Shown here one piece after another: positions 20,724 through 30,132 of a DNA stretch of 64,000 nucleotides. Within the stretch, counting starts at the first letter, position 1; each line of letters starts with the position of its first letter. Position numbers and translations under genes: made by a program. The stretch is from an uncultured Gemmatimonadales bacterium (GTDB lineage: Bacteria; Gemmatimonadota; Gemmatimonadetes; Gemmatimonadales; GWC2-71-9): contig CAWHFW010000002.1 in NCBI GenBank assembly GCA_963828735.1, positions 640,001 through 704,000 on the forward strand. Reading direction: 5' to 3'. The notes beneath the pieces are model-generated. The model had not been told where the DNA came from, did not search any database, and saw only the letters and a program-made list of their open reading frames with translations.

Positions 20724-22346
20724 ATGCCGACTGCTAGGGTTCTCCACCGACCCCTTCTTCCGCTGGTCGCGACCGTGGCAGCGTTGCTGCTGGCCTGTAG
20801 CGACACCCAGGAAGTCCCGCGAGAGCCGTTCAATCCACCTCCCGATCAGACCAACAAGTTCCTGGGCTACTTCACTGCCAGCGACAAGCTGACCGCCTGC
20901 GGCAACTGCCACGCCGAAAAGCAGGCGGACTGGGCCAACACCAAGCACGCCCAGGCCTGGGCAGACCTCGTGGCCTCCGGTCATCAGAACTCGGACTGCA
21001 ACAGTTGCCACAGCGTGAGCGAGCGGGGGAACGCCGCCGCAGCGCCGGCGGGGTACACCGCGGTCGCCGACACCGCGTACCAGGACGTCCAGTGCGAGAG
21101 TTGTCATGGATCGGGCTTCGAGCATGCGTCGAGCCCGACGATCGAGAACCGGCCACTCGCGACCATAGCCATCCCGGCCGATCCGGCGCAGTGGGTCGAG
21201 TCCTCCACATGCGGCTCCTGCCATCAGGGCAGCTTCTCGCCGTTCGTCGAGCAGTGGAGCCAGTCGGCGCACGCCAGGACGGTGACGGACGTGATCCAGG
21301 ATATCGTCGACGATCCTGGCACCAGCTGCTCCGCGTGTCACGAGGGACGGCATGTCCTCGAGGCGTGGGGAGTCAACACGAATTACGTCGAGAAGGACGA
21401 GACGGTCACCCTCGAGAACGCGATGCCGACCACCTGCGCGATCTGCCACGATCCGCATGCAAAGGATCACGAGGGACAACTTCGCTGGGCGATCGACGAT
21501 CCCAATCCCGATAACAACTTGTGCATGAAGTGCCACAACCGGCGCACCGAGCCACAGGCGACGAGCTCGCGAGGTCCGCATGCGCCGCAGGGTGGCGTGC
21601 TCCTGGGCACCGCGGGGTACTGGCCGGCCGGCTTCGATACCACGGCTGTCACCGCCACGCACGGGAACGTCGCCGTCAACACCCGGCTCTGCGCGGGCTG
21701 CCACGTCGCGCCGTTCGAGGTCACCGACGCGAGCGGGAACGTGACCTTCCAGTCGACCGGGCACAGCTTCAGCCCCGACCCGTGCATCGACGCCAGCGGG
21801 AAGCCCACGGGCGACACCACCTGCGCGCGGCCCGGTGATCCCACCTTCGTGAGCGGTGTGCGCAAGTTCAACGGCTGCACAGCCTCCGGCTGTCACTCGA
21901 CCGAGGAAGCCGCGGAGAACGCCTTCGAGGCGAACCGCAATATCGTCCGGCTGCTGGCCGACCAGCTCTGGGTCGACGTCAACGGCAACCAGGTGTTGTA
22001 CACGACCGATCCGGTCACGGGCCAGGCCACTGGCTTCGATCCCGGTGACACGGGGCTGCTGACGCAGGTGCCGGTGACCGAGTTCAATGCCACGGACAAC
22101 AAGATTACCGACGCGGAGGGCGTGCTCTTCAACGTGCGGCTCATCGGAGAGAACCGTTATGCCAACGGCGATCGCTCGTTCGGGGCCCACAATCCGTTCC
22201 TGTCGCAGTCGCTGTTGACGGCGAGCATCGACGCGCTGAAGGCCACGTACGGGCTCGCCGTGACGCCGCAGGTGCAGAGGCTCATGGACCAGGTCAAGGC
22301 GCGGAACCCCCGGGCGCGCGCCCAGTTCACGATCAGTCGGAGGTGA
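20724..22346 (+). CDS. Multiheme c-type cytochrome lipoprotein (8 CxxCH + 1 CX4CH)
   Basis: Lipobox LLAC; motifs CGNCH, CNSCH, CESCH, CGSCH, CSACH, CAICH, CMKCH, CAGCH, CTASGCH; C-terminal GDRSFGAHNP..LL..SI helix. Confidence 0.92.
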   Translation: MPTARVLHRPLLPLVATVAALLLACSDTQEVPREPFNPPPDQTNKFLGYFTASDKLTACGNCHAEKQADWANTKHAQAWADLVASGHQNSDCNSCHSVSERGNAAAAPAGYTAVADTAYQDVQCESCHGSGFEHASSPTIENRPLATIAIPADPAQWVESSTCGSCHQGSFSPFVEQWSQSAHARTVTDVIQDIVDDPGTSCSACHEGRHVLEAWGVNTNYVEKDETVTLENAMPTTCAICHDPHAKDHEGQLRWAIDDPNPDNNLCMKCHNRRTEPQATSSRGPHAPQGGVLLGTAGYWPAGFDTTAVTATHGNVAVNTRLCAGCHVAPFEVTDASGNVTFQSTGHSFSPDPCIDASGKPTGDTTCARPGDPTFVSGVRKFNGCTASGCHSTEEAAENAFEANRNIVRLLADQLWVDVNGNQVLYTTDPVTGQATGFDPGDTGLLTQVPVTEFNATDNKITDAEGVLFNVRLIGENRYANGDRSFGAHNPFLSQSLLTASIDALKATYGLAVTPQVQRLMDQVKARNPRARAQFTISRR

Positions 22347-22401
22347 GCAAGCCCAGGAAGGGATCGACTCCGGCCACGTTCACCGGTTAGCATTTTTCGG
22401 C

Positions 22402-24455
22402 ATGATCGGGCTCCTCGCCACGATCGCTTCGGCCACGGCTCCTCTCCCGGGACGGGAAGGGGCCGTGGTCGCTGTGTTGCAGGCCCAGGACACGCTGACC
22501 CAGCACTTCGTCGATTCTATCGTCGTACGCTCGCCGCTGCCCGACCCGCTCGTTCCAATCGTTCAATGGATCTTCCAGAAGCCCGGCTGGGTCATGGCCG
22601 GCGGGATCGTGATCGGCGCGCTGGTGGCGACCGCCGCGATCGTCCTGCTGTGGCGCCACCGCCGGGCCATCGGCACGTGGCTGGTCACGCGGGATCGGGG
22701 CGCGAAGCTCGCCATGCTCGGCGCCGCGGCGCGGTCCTGCTGCTCATGGTCGGGACGGGCGTGAAGGCGTACGACTACATGATGCACGACAACGACTTCT
22801 GCCGTGGCTGCCACATCTTCGTCCCCAGCGGGCAGATCTTCGTCCGCCCCGACACCGGCACCTATCTCCTGGTCAACAAGCTGGAGGGGAAGCACGACAC
22901 GCTCAGTTGCCACAGCTGTCACCCGTTCGAGCTGAAGGCACAGACTAAGGAGCTGTTCTACTGGATCATCGACCGCCCGGATCAGGTTCCGCCTCACGCC
23001 AAGGTACCGCGTCACGTCTGCGAGGGCTGCCACGTCCAGGGCGAGGCCAAGAAGACCTGGGCTCGCATCGCGTCGACGGCCGGCCACCGGACGCACCTGG
23101 AATCCGACTCCTCGGCGCTCAAGGACGTCGCTTGCCTGACCTGCCACGCGCGCAGCGCGCATCGGTTCCAGCCCGCGGACACGACCTGCGCGCAGAAGGG
23201 CTGCCATCTGACGGACGACGTCAAGATCAAGCTCGGACGGATGGCAGCCCGTTTCGCGCCCGCGAATCTTCGCCCGCTGCCCAACGAGGAGAAGCTCTAT
23301 TGCAACTCCTGTCACCAGTTCACCGCCGAGGCGCAGTTCGTGAGCCGGGACTCGGCGACGGGTATCCTCACCCCCGGCTCTCGCCAGTGTTTCGGCTGCC
23401 ATGAGATGCGGCAGCTCCTGGCGGGCTTCGACCCGGCCAGAGAGCCGCACCGGGGCAGCTGCGGGACGTGTCACAACCCTCACAGCGATGTGAAGCCCGC
23501 GGACGCGCTCAAGTCCTGCGCCGATGCCAACTGTCACGCCGACTGGCGAGGTGTCGCGTTCCATGTCGGCGCGGCGCACAAGAAGGTCGCGGAGCGCTGC
23601 CAGACCTGCCACGTCCCCCACGCCGCGCGGGTGGACGCGAGCGACTGCGTCGGATGTCACGAATCGGTGCGTAAGAACGGAGGCAAGTTCCGGCCTCCGA
23701 TGCCGTTCGATACGACCAAGGCGCTGCAGCAGAGCATGCGGCTCATCGAGCCGGGGCGCGCCCGCGGGCGTGGCGGTGACCCGCCGTCAGACGACCCTCC
23801 CGGGGGGGAGCGGACCGCGCGACCCGTCGCCCCCGCTGACACGTTTTCCCACGCGCGCCACCGCCGACTCGCCTGCATCACCTGCCACACGACCTCATCC
23901 CCGACGCGCACGCTCACCTTCGAGCAGCCGCAGGGGATGCCAGATCTGCCACCACCAGCGGCCGGCCTCGAGCAAGTGCACGACCTGCCACCAGTCGTCC
24001 GAGCTCTCCGAGCCGCAGCCGGTCTCCGTCGAGGTGTCCGTGCGCGGACACGCCTGCTCGGTCACGGGAAGTCTCCTTCGACCACGCAAAGCACCCCGAC
24101 CTTTCCTGTATCGAGTGCCACACCGGCGCCGTGACCCTCGAGCCCGAACCTCCAGTGGCGACGTGCACGGCATGCCACGACGACCACCATGCCGCCGGCC
24201 GGGACTGCGCCACCTGTCATCGAAGCACGGACATCATCAACGCGCATGCGCCCCCGATCGACGCCCACCAGGCCTGCGACCAGTGCCACGCGGAGCGCAC
24301 GGTCGGAAGGCTGGCGCCGACGCGCTCGTTCTGCCTGGCCTGCCACGGCAGCGAGACCGATCATCACGCCGAGAAGGAGTGCACGGTCTGCCACCTTCAA
24401 GCCACTCCGGACGCAGTACCGCGTCAAGCTGACCGGCACGGGTAAGGGACCGTGA
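22402..24455 (+). CDS. Membrane-anchored ~20-heme cytochrome c with NapC/NirT-like N-terminus (four apparent single-base frameshifts near 22728, 23931, 24052, 24413)
   Basis: Joining frames gives N-terminal TMs, 18 CxxCH and 2 CX4CH; the reconstructed end QYRVKLTGTGKGP* overlaps the next gene by GTGA. Confidence 0.8.
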
Positions 24456-25960
24456 GATTCGCGTCACGGTGCGCCGTCGCGCTCGGCGTGGGGTGTCTCT
24501 GCCTGGCCGGGTCTGGGGCGCAGGCCCAGGGCTACCGCCTGCGCCTGGACTCGCGGGTGCAACGGGCCAGCTATCGTGGCGTCATGGCGGATAGCATCCT
24601 CGGAACCCAGGCCGTGACCGGCCCGACCGGTGGCTTCGAGACCCCGGACGGGTTCGCGGTCCGCTGCTCGACGTCCAGCGCCTACTGCTTCTACTTCCGC
24701 CCGGGGCCGGAATTGGACGGGGCGCCCCTGGTCTCCTCCGCCGATCTGACCCTCTGGGGGTTTGGCGTTCGCGGGTTGAGCCTCCGTCTAAACGGGCGGG
24801 TCGGCGTCGACCTGGGAGCAAGCGACGTCTGGCCGGGCGTCGAGCCGGCAGTGCAGCTCATCGAGGCTTACGCCGAGTATGCGCAGCCGGTGTTCACGGT
24901 TCGCGCCGGCCGGCAGCTGCTGGCGAATCGCCTGGGGACGCTGGGATTCGACGGGGGGAAGGTGACGATCCGGCCGGGCCGCCTGGGACTCGAGGCCGTG
25001 GTCTATGCCGGTCTCGGGCTCGCCCGCGCGACTGCCATTCCCGTGACGAGCCCGGTCCTCAATCCACTCGACGACTTCCAACCCAGCAGTCGCCAGATCC
25101 TGGCCGGCGCCGCGGTGGGATACAGCCGGGCCGAGATCGATGTCCGAGCGGACTACCAGCGCGAGCTCGACGGGGACACGCGGAATTTCGTGTCCGAGCG
25201 CGCCGCGCTCTCGCTCGACCTGCGCCCGCTGCCGCACTGGAGCCTCGAGTCCGGCGTGGACTACGACCTGGCGAACACCTGGTTCGGGAGTGCCGACGCG
25301 GTGGTCCGGTATACCTCATCCCGGATCACCGTGGCGGGCGGCGTCAGGCAATACCGGCCGCATTTCGACCTGTGGACCATCTGGGGGGCGTTTACGCCGG
25401 TGCCGTACCACGCGGGGAACATCGCGGTCTGGATCCGCCCGATTCGTGGGCTCGAGCTGCGAGGGCAGTGGGAGAGCTACGCGTACTCCGAGACGGCGAC
25501 CGAGACTCCGTTGGTCCAGGTCGACGACGACGGCTGGCGTCTGGGCACGGGCGTGACCTACAGCCCGTCGGCCGCCTGGAGACTGGATGCCGGCTATCGG
25601 GAGGAGAACGGACCCGGCGCGTCGTCCCATGGATTCGATGGCACCGTCACCTTCGTTCCGTTTCCCGCACTCTCGCTCACCGCCTACGGAACGACGCTCG
25701 ACCGCCCGCTCGAGTTCCGCTTCGAGGAGGCGTCGGTCGATGCGCTGGGCCTCGACGCCGAGTGGAGCCCGACGAACCGGCTTCGATTCGCGGTCGGCAT
25801 CGCGCGTTACATGGAGGACCGCAAGCGTCCGGACGCGGCGGCGTTCGACTGGGACCAGACTCGCCTTCATGCCAGCCTGACGCTGCTTCTCCAAAGCAAC
25901 GCCGATGTCGCGCCGCTGCCGCGCGCGCTGCGGACGTACCCCCCGGCGGGCTCGCCGTGA
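24452..25960 (+). CDS. Large outer-membrane beta-barrel (putative porin of a porin-cytochrome complex)
   Basis: Signal peptide ending AQA, no heme motifs, many amphipathic strands (EAYAEY, VRAGRQ, FDGGKV), located between cytochrome genes. Confidence 0.75.
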   Translation: MRFASRCAVALGVGCLCLAGSGAQAQGYRLRLDSRVQRASYRGVMADSILGTQAVTGPTGGFETPDGFAVRCSTSSAYCFYFRPGPELDGAPLVSSADLTLWGFGVRGLSLRLNGRVGVDLGASDVWPGVEPAVQLIEAYAEYAQPVFTVRAGRQLLANRLGTLGFDGGKVTIRPGRLGLEAVVYAGLGLARATAIPVTSPVLNPLDDFQPSSRQILAGAAVGYSRAEIDVRADYQRELDGDTRNFVSERAALSLDLRPLPHWSLESGVDYDLANTWFGSADAVVRYTSSRITVAGGVRQYRPHFDLWTIWGAFTPVPYHAGNIAVWIRPIRGLELRGQWESYAYSETATETPLVQVDDDGWRLGTGVTYSPSAAWRLDAGYREENGPGASSHGFDGTVTFVPFPALSLTAYGTTLDRPLEFRFEEASVDALGLDAEWSPTNRLRFAVGIARYMEDRKRPDAAAFDWDQTRLHASLTLLLQSNADVAPLPRALRTYPPAGSP

Positions 25961-27393
25961 TGCTCCGGGGACTGAGACTCCTCGTCCTCGTCGCGCTCTC
26001 GGTCGCCGCTGGCGGCTGGGCCGTGCAGCACGCGTTGCAGGAACGGTTTGATCACTGGCAACACCGCGCGCTCTTTCCAACGTGCATCGGCTGCCACGCC
26101 GGCGCGGCGGATTCCAGCCGATCGCTCTGGCCCCAGCCGTCCGATTGCAAAACCTGTCACGACGGTGCGGTCGAAAAGGCGGTGGAGTGGGCGCCGCCGG
26201 GCGCGCCTCGCGCGAGCAACCTCCGATTCACCCATCAGGACCACGCTCGCGCACTCGCGCACTCCCGCGGCGCCGATTCCACGCTTCGGTGCAGCGCCTG
26301 CCATACCTCGCAGGGAGCTGATCGCATGCGGGTCAGCTCAGCGGTCGTGGAGAATTGCCTCGAATGTCATGGCATCAGGACCGCGCATCTGAGCGCACCG
26401 GACACGGCGTGCGTCACGTGCCACGTACCGCTGGTACAGGCGGTGCGGCTCACCGAGGAACGGGTGAAGGGCTTTCCGGTCCCCGACTCTCATCGCGAGC
26501 CGGGCTTCGCGTCGACCGGCCACGGGAAGCTCGCACGGGCCGGCGGCGCTCCCGTTGCAGCCTCCTGCGCCACGTGCCACGCCCGGGACTACTGCACCCA
26601 ATGCCACGTGAACGCCCCCGAGGTGCAGGCCATCCAGGCGCTGGGTCCAGACCCGCGATCGCTCGCGATCGAGGCAAAGCTCGAGGCCCCGGAAGACCAT
26701 GCTGACCCGAACTTCCTCCGACGGCATGGAGGCCAGGTCCGGAAGGAGTCAGGCCGGTGTGCGGTCTGCCACACGCAGCAGAGTTGCGTCGCGTGCCATG
26801 TCGGCTCGCCCGCGAGCGTGCAGGCGATCCCGATCGCCGGTCCCGGCCGGGGCCCAGGTGCCACGATCCACCGGGAGCGACCGATCTCTCACGGTCAGAA
26901 TTTCTCCAAGACGCATGCCGAGCCGGCTTCGGCGCGGCCTCAGACCTGCAGCGGTTGCCACGCCCGCGCGGAATGTCTCTCCTGCCACCGGCCGGACGCG
27001 GCCGAGGCGTCGCCGGGCTTCCATCCCGCGGGCTTTCTCACGACCCACCCTTCGGCGGCCTACTCCCGTGAGAGTTCGTGCAGTGAATGCCATAACCAGG
27101 GGCAGTTCTGCACCAATTGCCACGTGAATGCCGGGCTGGTATCGCCCGGTCGCCTCCGAGGTACCGGCTATCACGACGCCAAGCAGTCTTTCCTGCTCAA
27201 CCACGGTCAAGCGGCGCGCCAGAGCCTGGAGACCTGTGTCTCCTGCCACTCCGAGCGTGACTGCCTGACCTGCCACTCCGCGGTGGGCGGCCGCCGCTTC
27301 GACCCCCACGGCCCAGGCTTCGATGCGGCGACGCTCAAGCGGAAAAATCCATCCATGTGCACCGCCTGCCACGGCCTCAACACTCCAGAGTGA
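25960..27393 (+). CDS. Exported 16-heme c-type cytochrome
   Basis: N-terminal signal or anchor; 16 CxxCH, including five paired H..F...H...CxxCH-x4/5-CxxCH modules. Confidence 0.92.
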   Translation: MLRGLRLLVLVALSVAAGGWAVQHALQERFDHWQHRALFPTCIGCHAGAADSSRSLWPQPSDCKTCHDGAVEKAVEWAPPGAPRASNLRFTHQDHARALAHSRGADSTLRCSACHTSQGADRMRVSSAVVENCLECHGIRTAHLSAPDTACVTCHVPLVQAVRLTEERVKGFPVPDSHREPGFASTGHGKLARAGGAPVAASCATCHARDYCTQCHVNAPEVQAIQALGPDPRSLAIEAKLEAPEDHADPNFLRRHGGQVRKESGRCAVCHTQQSCVACHVGSPASVQAIPIAGPGRGPGATIHRERPISHGQNFSKTHAEPASARPQTCSGCHARAECLSCHRPDAAEASPGFHPAGFLTTHPSAAYSRESSCSECHNQGQFCTNCHVNAGLVSPGRLRGTGYHDAKQSFLLNHGQAARQSLETCVSCHSERDCLTCHSAVGGRRFDPHGPGFDAATLKRKNPSMCTACHGLNTPE

Positions 27394-27457
27394 ACAGGTC
27401 TTTCGCCCTGGGGCGCTGCGTTCGCGCGATCAATGCCGCCCGGTCCGGTGACCTGAG

Positions 27458-28957
27458 CTAGGCATTCCGGGCGTCGGCCCGCGGAGCGCGCGCCCACGCG
27501 AGGGCCGCCCCGACGGCTCGCTCCCACGCCTCCCGCAGCGCCCGCCGCTCGGGGCCGCCGAGCGTAGGAACGAACCGGTCGAACCGCCGTCCGGCCAGAA
27601 ACTCGTCGCTCCCCTTCCACACCCCGAGCGCGATGCCCGCGAGCCCCGCCGCGCCCAGCGCGGTGGTCTCCACCATGTCGGGCCGCTCGACCGGCACGCC
27701 CAGCACGTCCGCCTGGAACTGCATCATCCAGTCGTTCGCCGAGGCGCCGCCGTCCACCCGGAGGGCGGGCACCTCGAAGCCTCCGGTCCGCGTCATGGCC
27801 TCGAGCAGGTCGGCGCTGCTGAACGCCATCGCCTCGAGCGCGGCCCGCACCAGGTGCGCGCGCGTCGTCCCGCCGGTGATGCCGGTGATCGTTCCCCGCG
27901 CCTCCGATTCCCAGTGCGGCGTGCCGAGCCCGGCGAAGGCCGGCACGAAGTGCACGCCGCCCGTGTCCGGGACGCTCCGCGCCAGCCCTTCCGAATCACC
28001 CGCCACCTGCAGCAGCCGCAGGCCGTCGCGCAGCCACTGGATCGCCGCGCCGGCGATGAACACGCTGCCCTCGAGCGCGTAGGCCGGCTCGCCCCGCGGA
28101 CCGCAGGCGGCCGTGGCGAGAACCCCGTTGGCCGGGAGGGGCCGGCAATCGCCGGTGTACACCAGCAGGAAGGCGCCCGTCCCGTAGGTGTTCTTCGCCA
28201 TGCCGTCCACGCAGCAGCCCTGGCCGAACAGCGCGGCCTGCTGGTCGCCCGCGAGCCCGGCGATCGGGAGGCTGACGCCCAAGTGGGCCCGGTCGGTTTC
28301 CGCCACCACGCCCGCGCTCGGCACGATGTCCGGAAGCAGGTCCGGCGGCACGCCGAACAGGTCGAGCAGCTCCTCATGCCACGTCCGCTTGGCCAGATCG
28401 TACAGCAGCGTTCGGGACGCATTGGTGTGATCGGTGACGTGAGCCCGCCCGCCGGCCAGCTTCGCCACCAGCCAGCTTTCGATGGTGCCGGCGGCCAGCT
28501 CGCCTCGCGTGGCGCGCCGGCGGAGATCGGCATCCCGGAGCAGCCACTCGAGCTTCGTGGCGGAGAAGTAGGGATCGGCCACCAGGCCGGTGCGCTCGCG
28601 CAGCATGGCTTCGGCACCGCTCGCGCGGAGCTCGCGGCAGCGCTCGCTCGTGCGCCGGTCCTGCCAGACGATCGCGCGCGAGACGGGCTGGAGGGTCCGC
28701 CGATCCCAGAGCACCACGGTCTCGCGCTGATTTGTGATGCCGATGCCCGACGGCGGCGTGCCGGCCTTGGCGATCGCCTCGCGCATCGCCTCGAGGGAGA
28801 CGCGGACGATCTCCTCGGCGTCGTGCTCGACCCAGCCAGGTTGCGGATAGTGCTGGGTGAATTCGCGATAGCCTCGACCCAGAACGGTGCCGTCCTGGTC
28901 TACCAGCAGCGCGGTGCTGCCGGTGGTGCCTTGGTCGAGAGCGAGGATCGCGGGCAT
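27458..28957 (-). CDS. glpK: Glycerol kinase
   Basis: ALDQGTTGS, GITNQRET, WQDRRT, YFSATK, GDQQAALFGQ, KNTYGTG, RVDGG. Confidence 0.97.
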   Translation of the reverse strand: MPAILALDQGTTGSTALLVDQDGTVLGRGYREFTQHYPQPGWVEHDAEEIVRVSLEAMREAIAKAGTPPSGIGITNQRETVVLWDRRTLQPVSRAIVWQDRRTSERCRELRASGAEAMLRERTGLVADPYFSATKLEWLLRDADLRRRATRGELAAGTIESWLVAKLAGGRAHVTDHTNASRTLLYDLAKRTWHEELLDLFGVPPDLLPDIVPSAGVVAETDRAHLGVSLPIAGLAGDQQAALFGQGCCVDGMAKNTYGTGAFLLVYTGDCRPLPANGVLATAACGPRGEPAYALEGSVFIAGAAIQWLRDGLRLLQVAGDSEGLARSVPDTGGVHFVPAFAGLGTPHWESEARGTITGITGGTTRAHLVRAALEAMAFSSADLLEAMTRTGGFEVPALRVDGGASANDWMMQFQADVLGVPVERPDMVETTALGAAGLAGIALGVWKGSDEFLAGRRFDRFVPTLGGPERRALREAWERAVGAALAWARAPRADARNA

Positions 28958-29015
28958 TACGATGGGCACCGTCGAGACGGCTGCACCTCGAAACACGACC
29001 TGTGTCGAGCCAGGC

Positions 29016-30023
29016 TCACATCCCCCTCGCCACGTCCCTGGGCGCGAACACACCGCGATCGGTGATGATCGCCGTCACCAGCTCCGCGGGCGTCACGTCG
29101 AACGCCGGGTTCCACACGGCCGCCTCGGCCGGCGCCGCGGTGTGCCCCCGCCACCCCGCCACCTCCGACGCCGCGCGCTCCTCGATCGGAATACTGCTGC
29201 CGTCCGGCGTCGCCGGATCGATCGTCGACGTGGGCGCCGCCACGTAGAACGGCACGCCGTGCGCCCGGGCGGCCAACGCCACCCCGTAGGTCCCGATCTT
29301 GTTGGCCACGTCACCATTGGCCGCGATCCTGTCCGCCCCCACGATCACGCAGGTCACGTCGCCCCGGCGGAGCCGGCTCGCGGCCATGCCGTCCGCGATC
29401 ACGGTCACCGGCACTCCCGCGCGGCTCAGCTCCCAGGCGGTGAGGCGGCTGCCCTGCAGCAGCGGCCGGGTCTCGTCCGCCACGACTGCGACCCGGCGAC
29501 CCGCCGAGTGGAGCGTGTACACCGGTGCCAGCGCGGTCCCGATCCCGCCGGTCGCGAGCGCGCCGGCGTTGCAGTGCGTGAGGACCAGCGCATCGCCGCC
29601 GATCAGCGCGGCGCCGGCCTCGCCGATCCTGGCGCACATCGCGCGATCTTCGTCCCAGATGGCGCTGGCCTCGTCGCGGAGGTCGGCCGCGAGGCGCTCG
29701 GGCGTCGAAGCGGCCGCGCGGCGCTCCATCCGCTTCAGTGCCCAGTGCAGGTTGACCGCGGTAGGCCGCGTGGCGCCCAGCACCTTCGACGCGGCGCGCA
29801 CCGCGTCGAGTGATGGCGGCCCCTGCCGCAGGCTCAGCGTCACCCCCATCGCCGCCGCGATGCCGATCAGGGGCGCACCCCGCACGCGGAGTGTGCGGAT
29901 GGCCTCGGCCACGGCGTCCACGGTGTCGAGGTCGAGGTACCGTTCGGTGTCCGGCAGGAGGGTCTGGTCGAGGATGCGAACGCCCCCGTCGGGCGTCCAC
30001 GCGATGGGCTGCGGAATGGTCAT
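29016..30023 (-). CDS. mtnA: Methylthioribose-1-phosphate isomerase
   Basis: LDQTLLP, VRGAPLIG, RPTAVNL, THCNAGALAT, ETRPLLQGSRLT, GADRI, NPAFDVTP. Confidence 0.97.
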   Translation of the reverse strand: MTIPQPIAWTPDGGVRILDQTLLPDTERYLDLDTVDAVAEAIRTLRVRGAPLIGIAAAMGVTLSLRQGPPSLDAVRAASKVLGATRPTAVNLHWALKRMERRAAASTPERLAADLRDEASAIWDEDRAMCARIGEAGAALIGGDALVLTHCNAGALATGGIGTALAPVYTLHSAGRRVAVVADETRPLLQGSRLTAWELSRAGVPVTVIADGMAASRLRRGDVTCVIVGADRIAANGDVANKIGTYGVALAARAHGVPFYVAAPTSTIDPATPDGSSIPIEERAASEVAGWRGHTAAPAEAAVWNPAFDVTPAELVTAIITDRGVFAPRDVARGM

Positions 30024-30132
30024 GCGGCAAAGATACCGCGGAAGCGGGTCGTCCGTACTCGGGTATATTTTTGAGCCCGCGTCGGCAACGCGGCCCTCCG
30101 TTCGACCCCTGTCACCTTCACCGGTCCTCGCC

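Noticed and set aside
20724..22346. NrfA nitrite reductase or MtrC orthologue
   Set aside because: No CxxCK motif; the heme number and spacing do not fit pentaheme NrfA or decaheme MtrC.
22720..24420. Programmed ribosomal frameshifting in the 20-heme gene
   Set aside because: No slippery heptamers at the four sites and mixed shift directions; indel error or decay is simpler.
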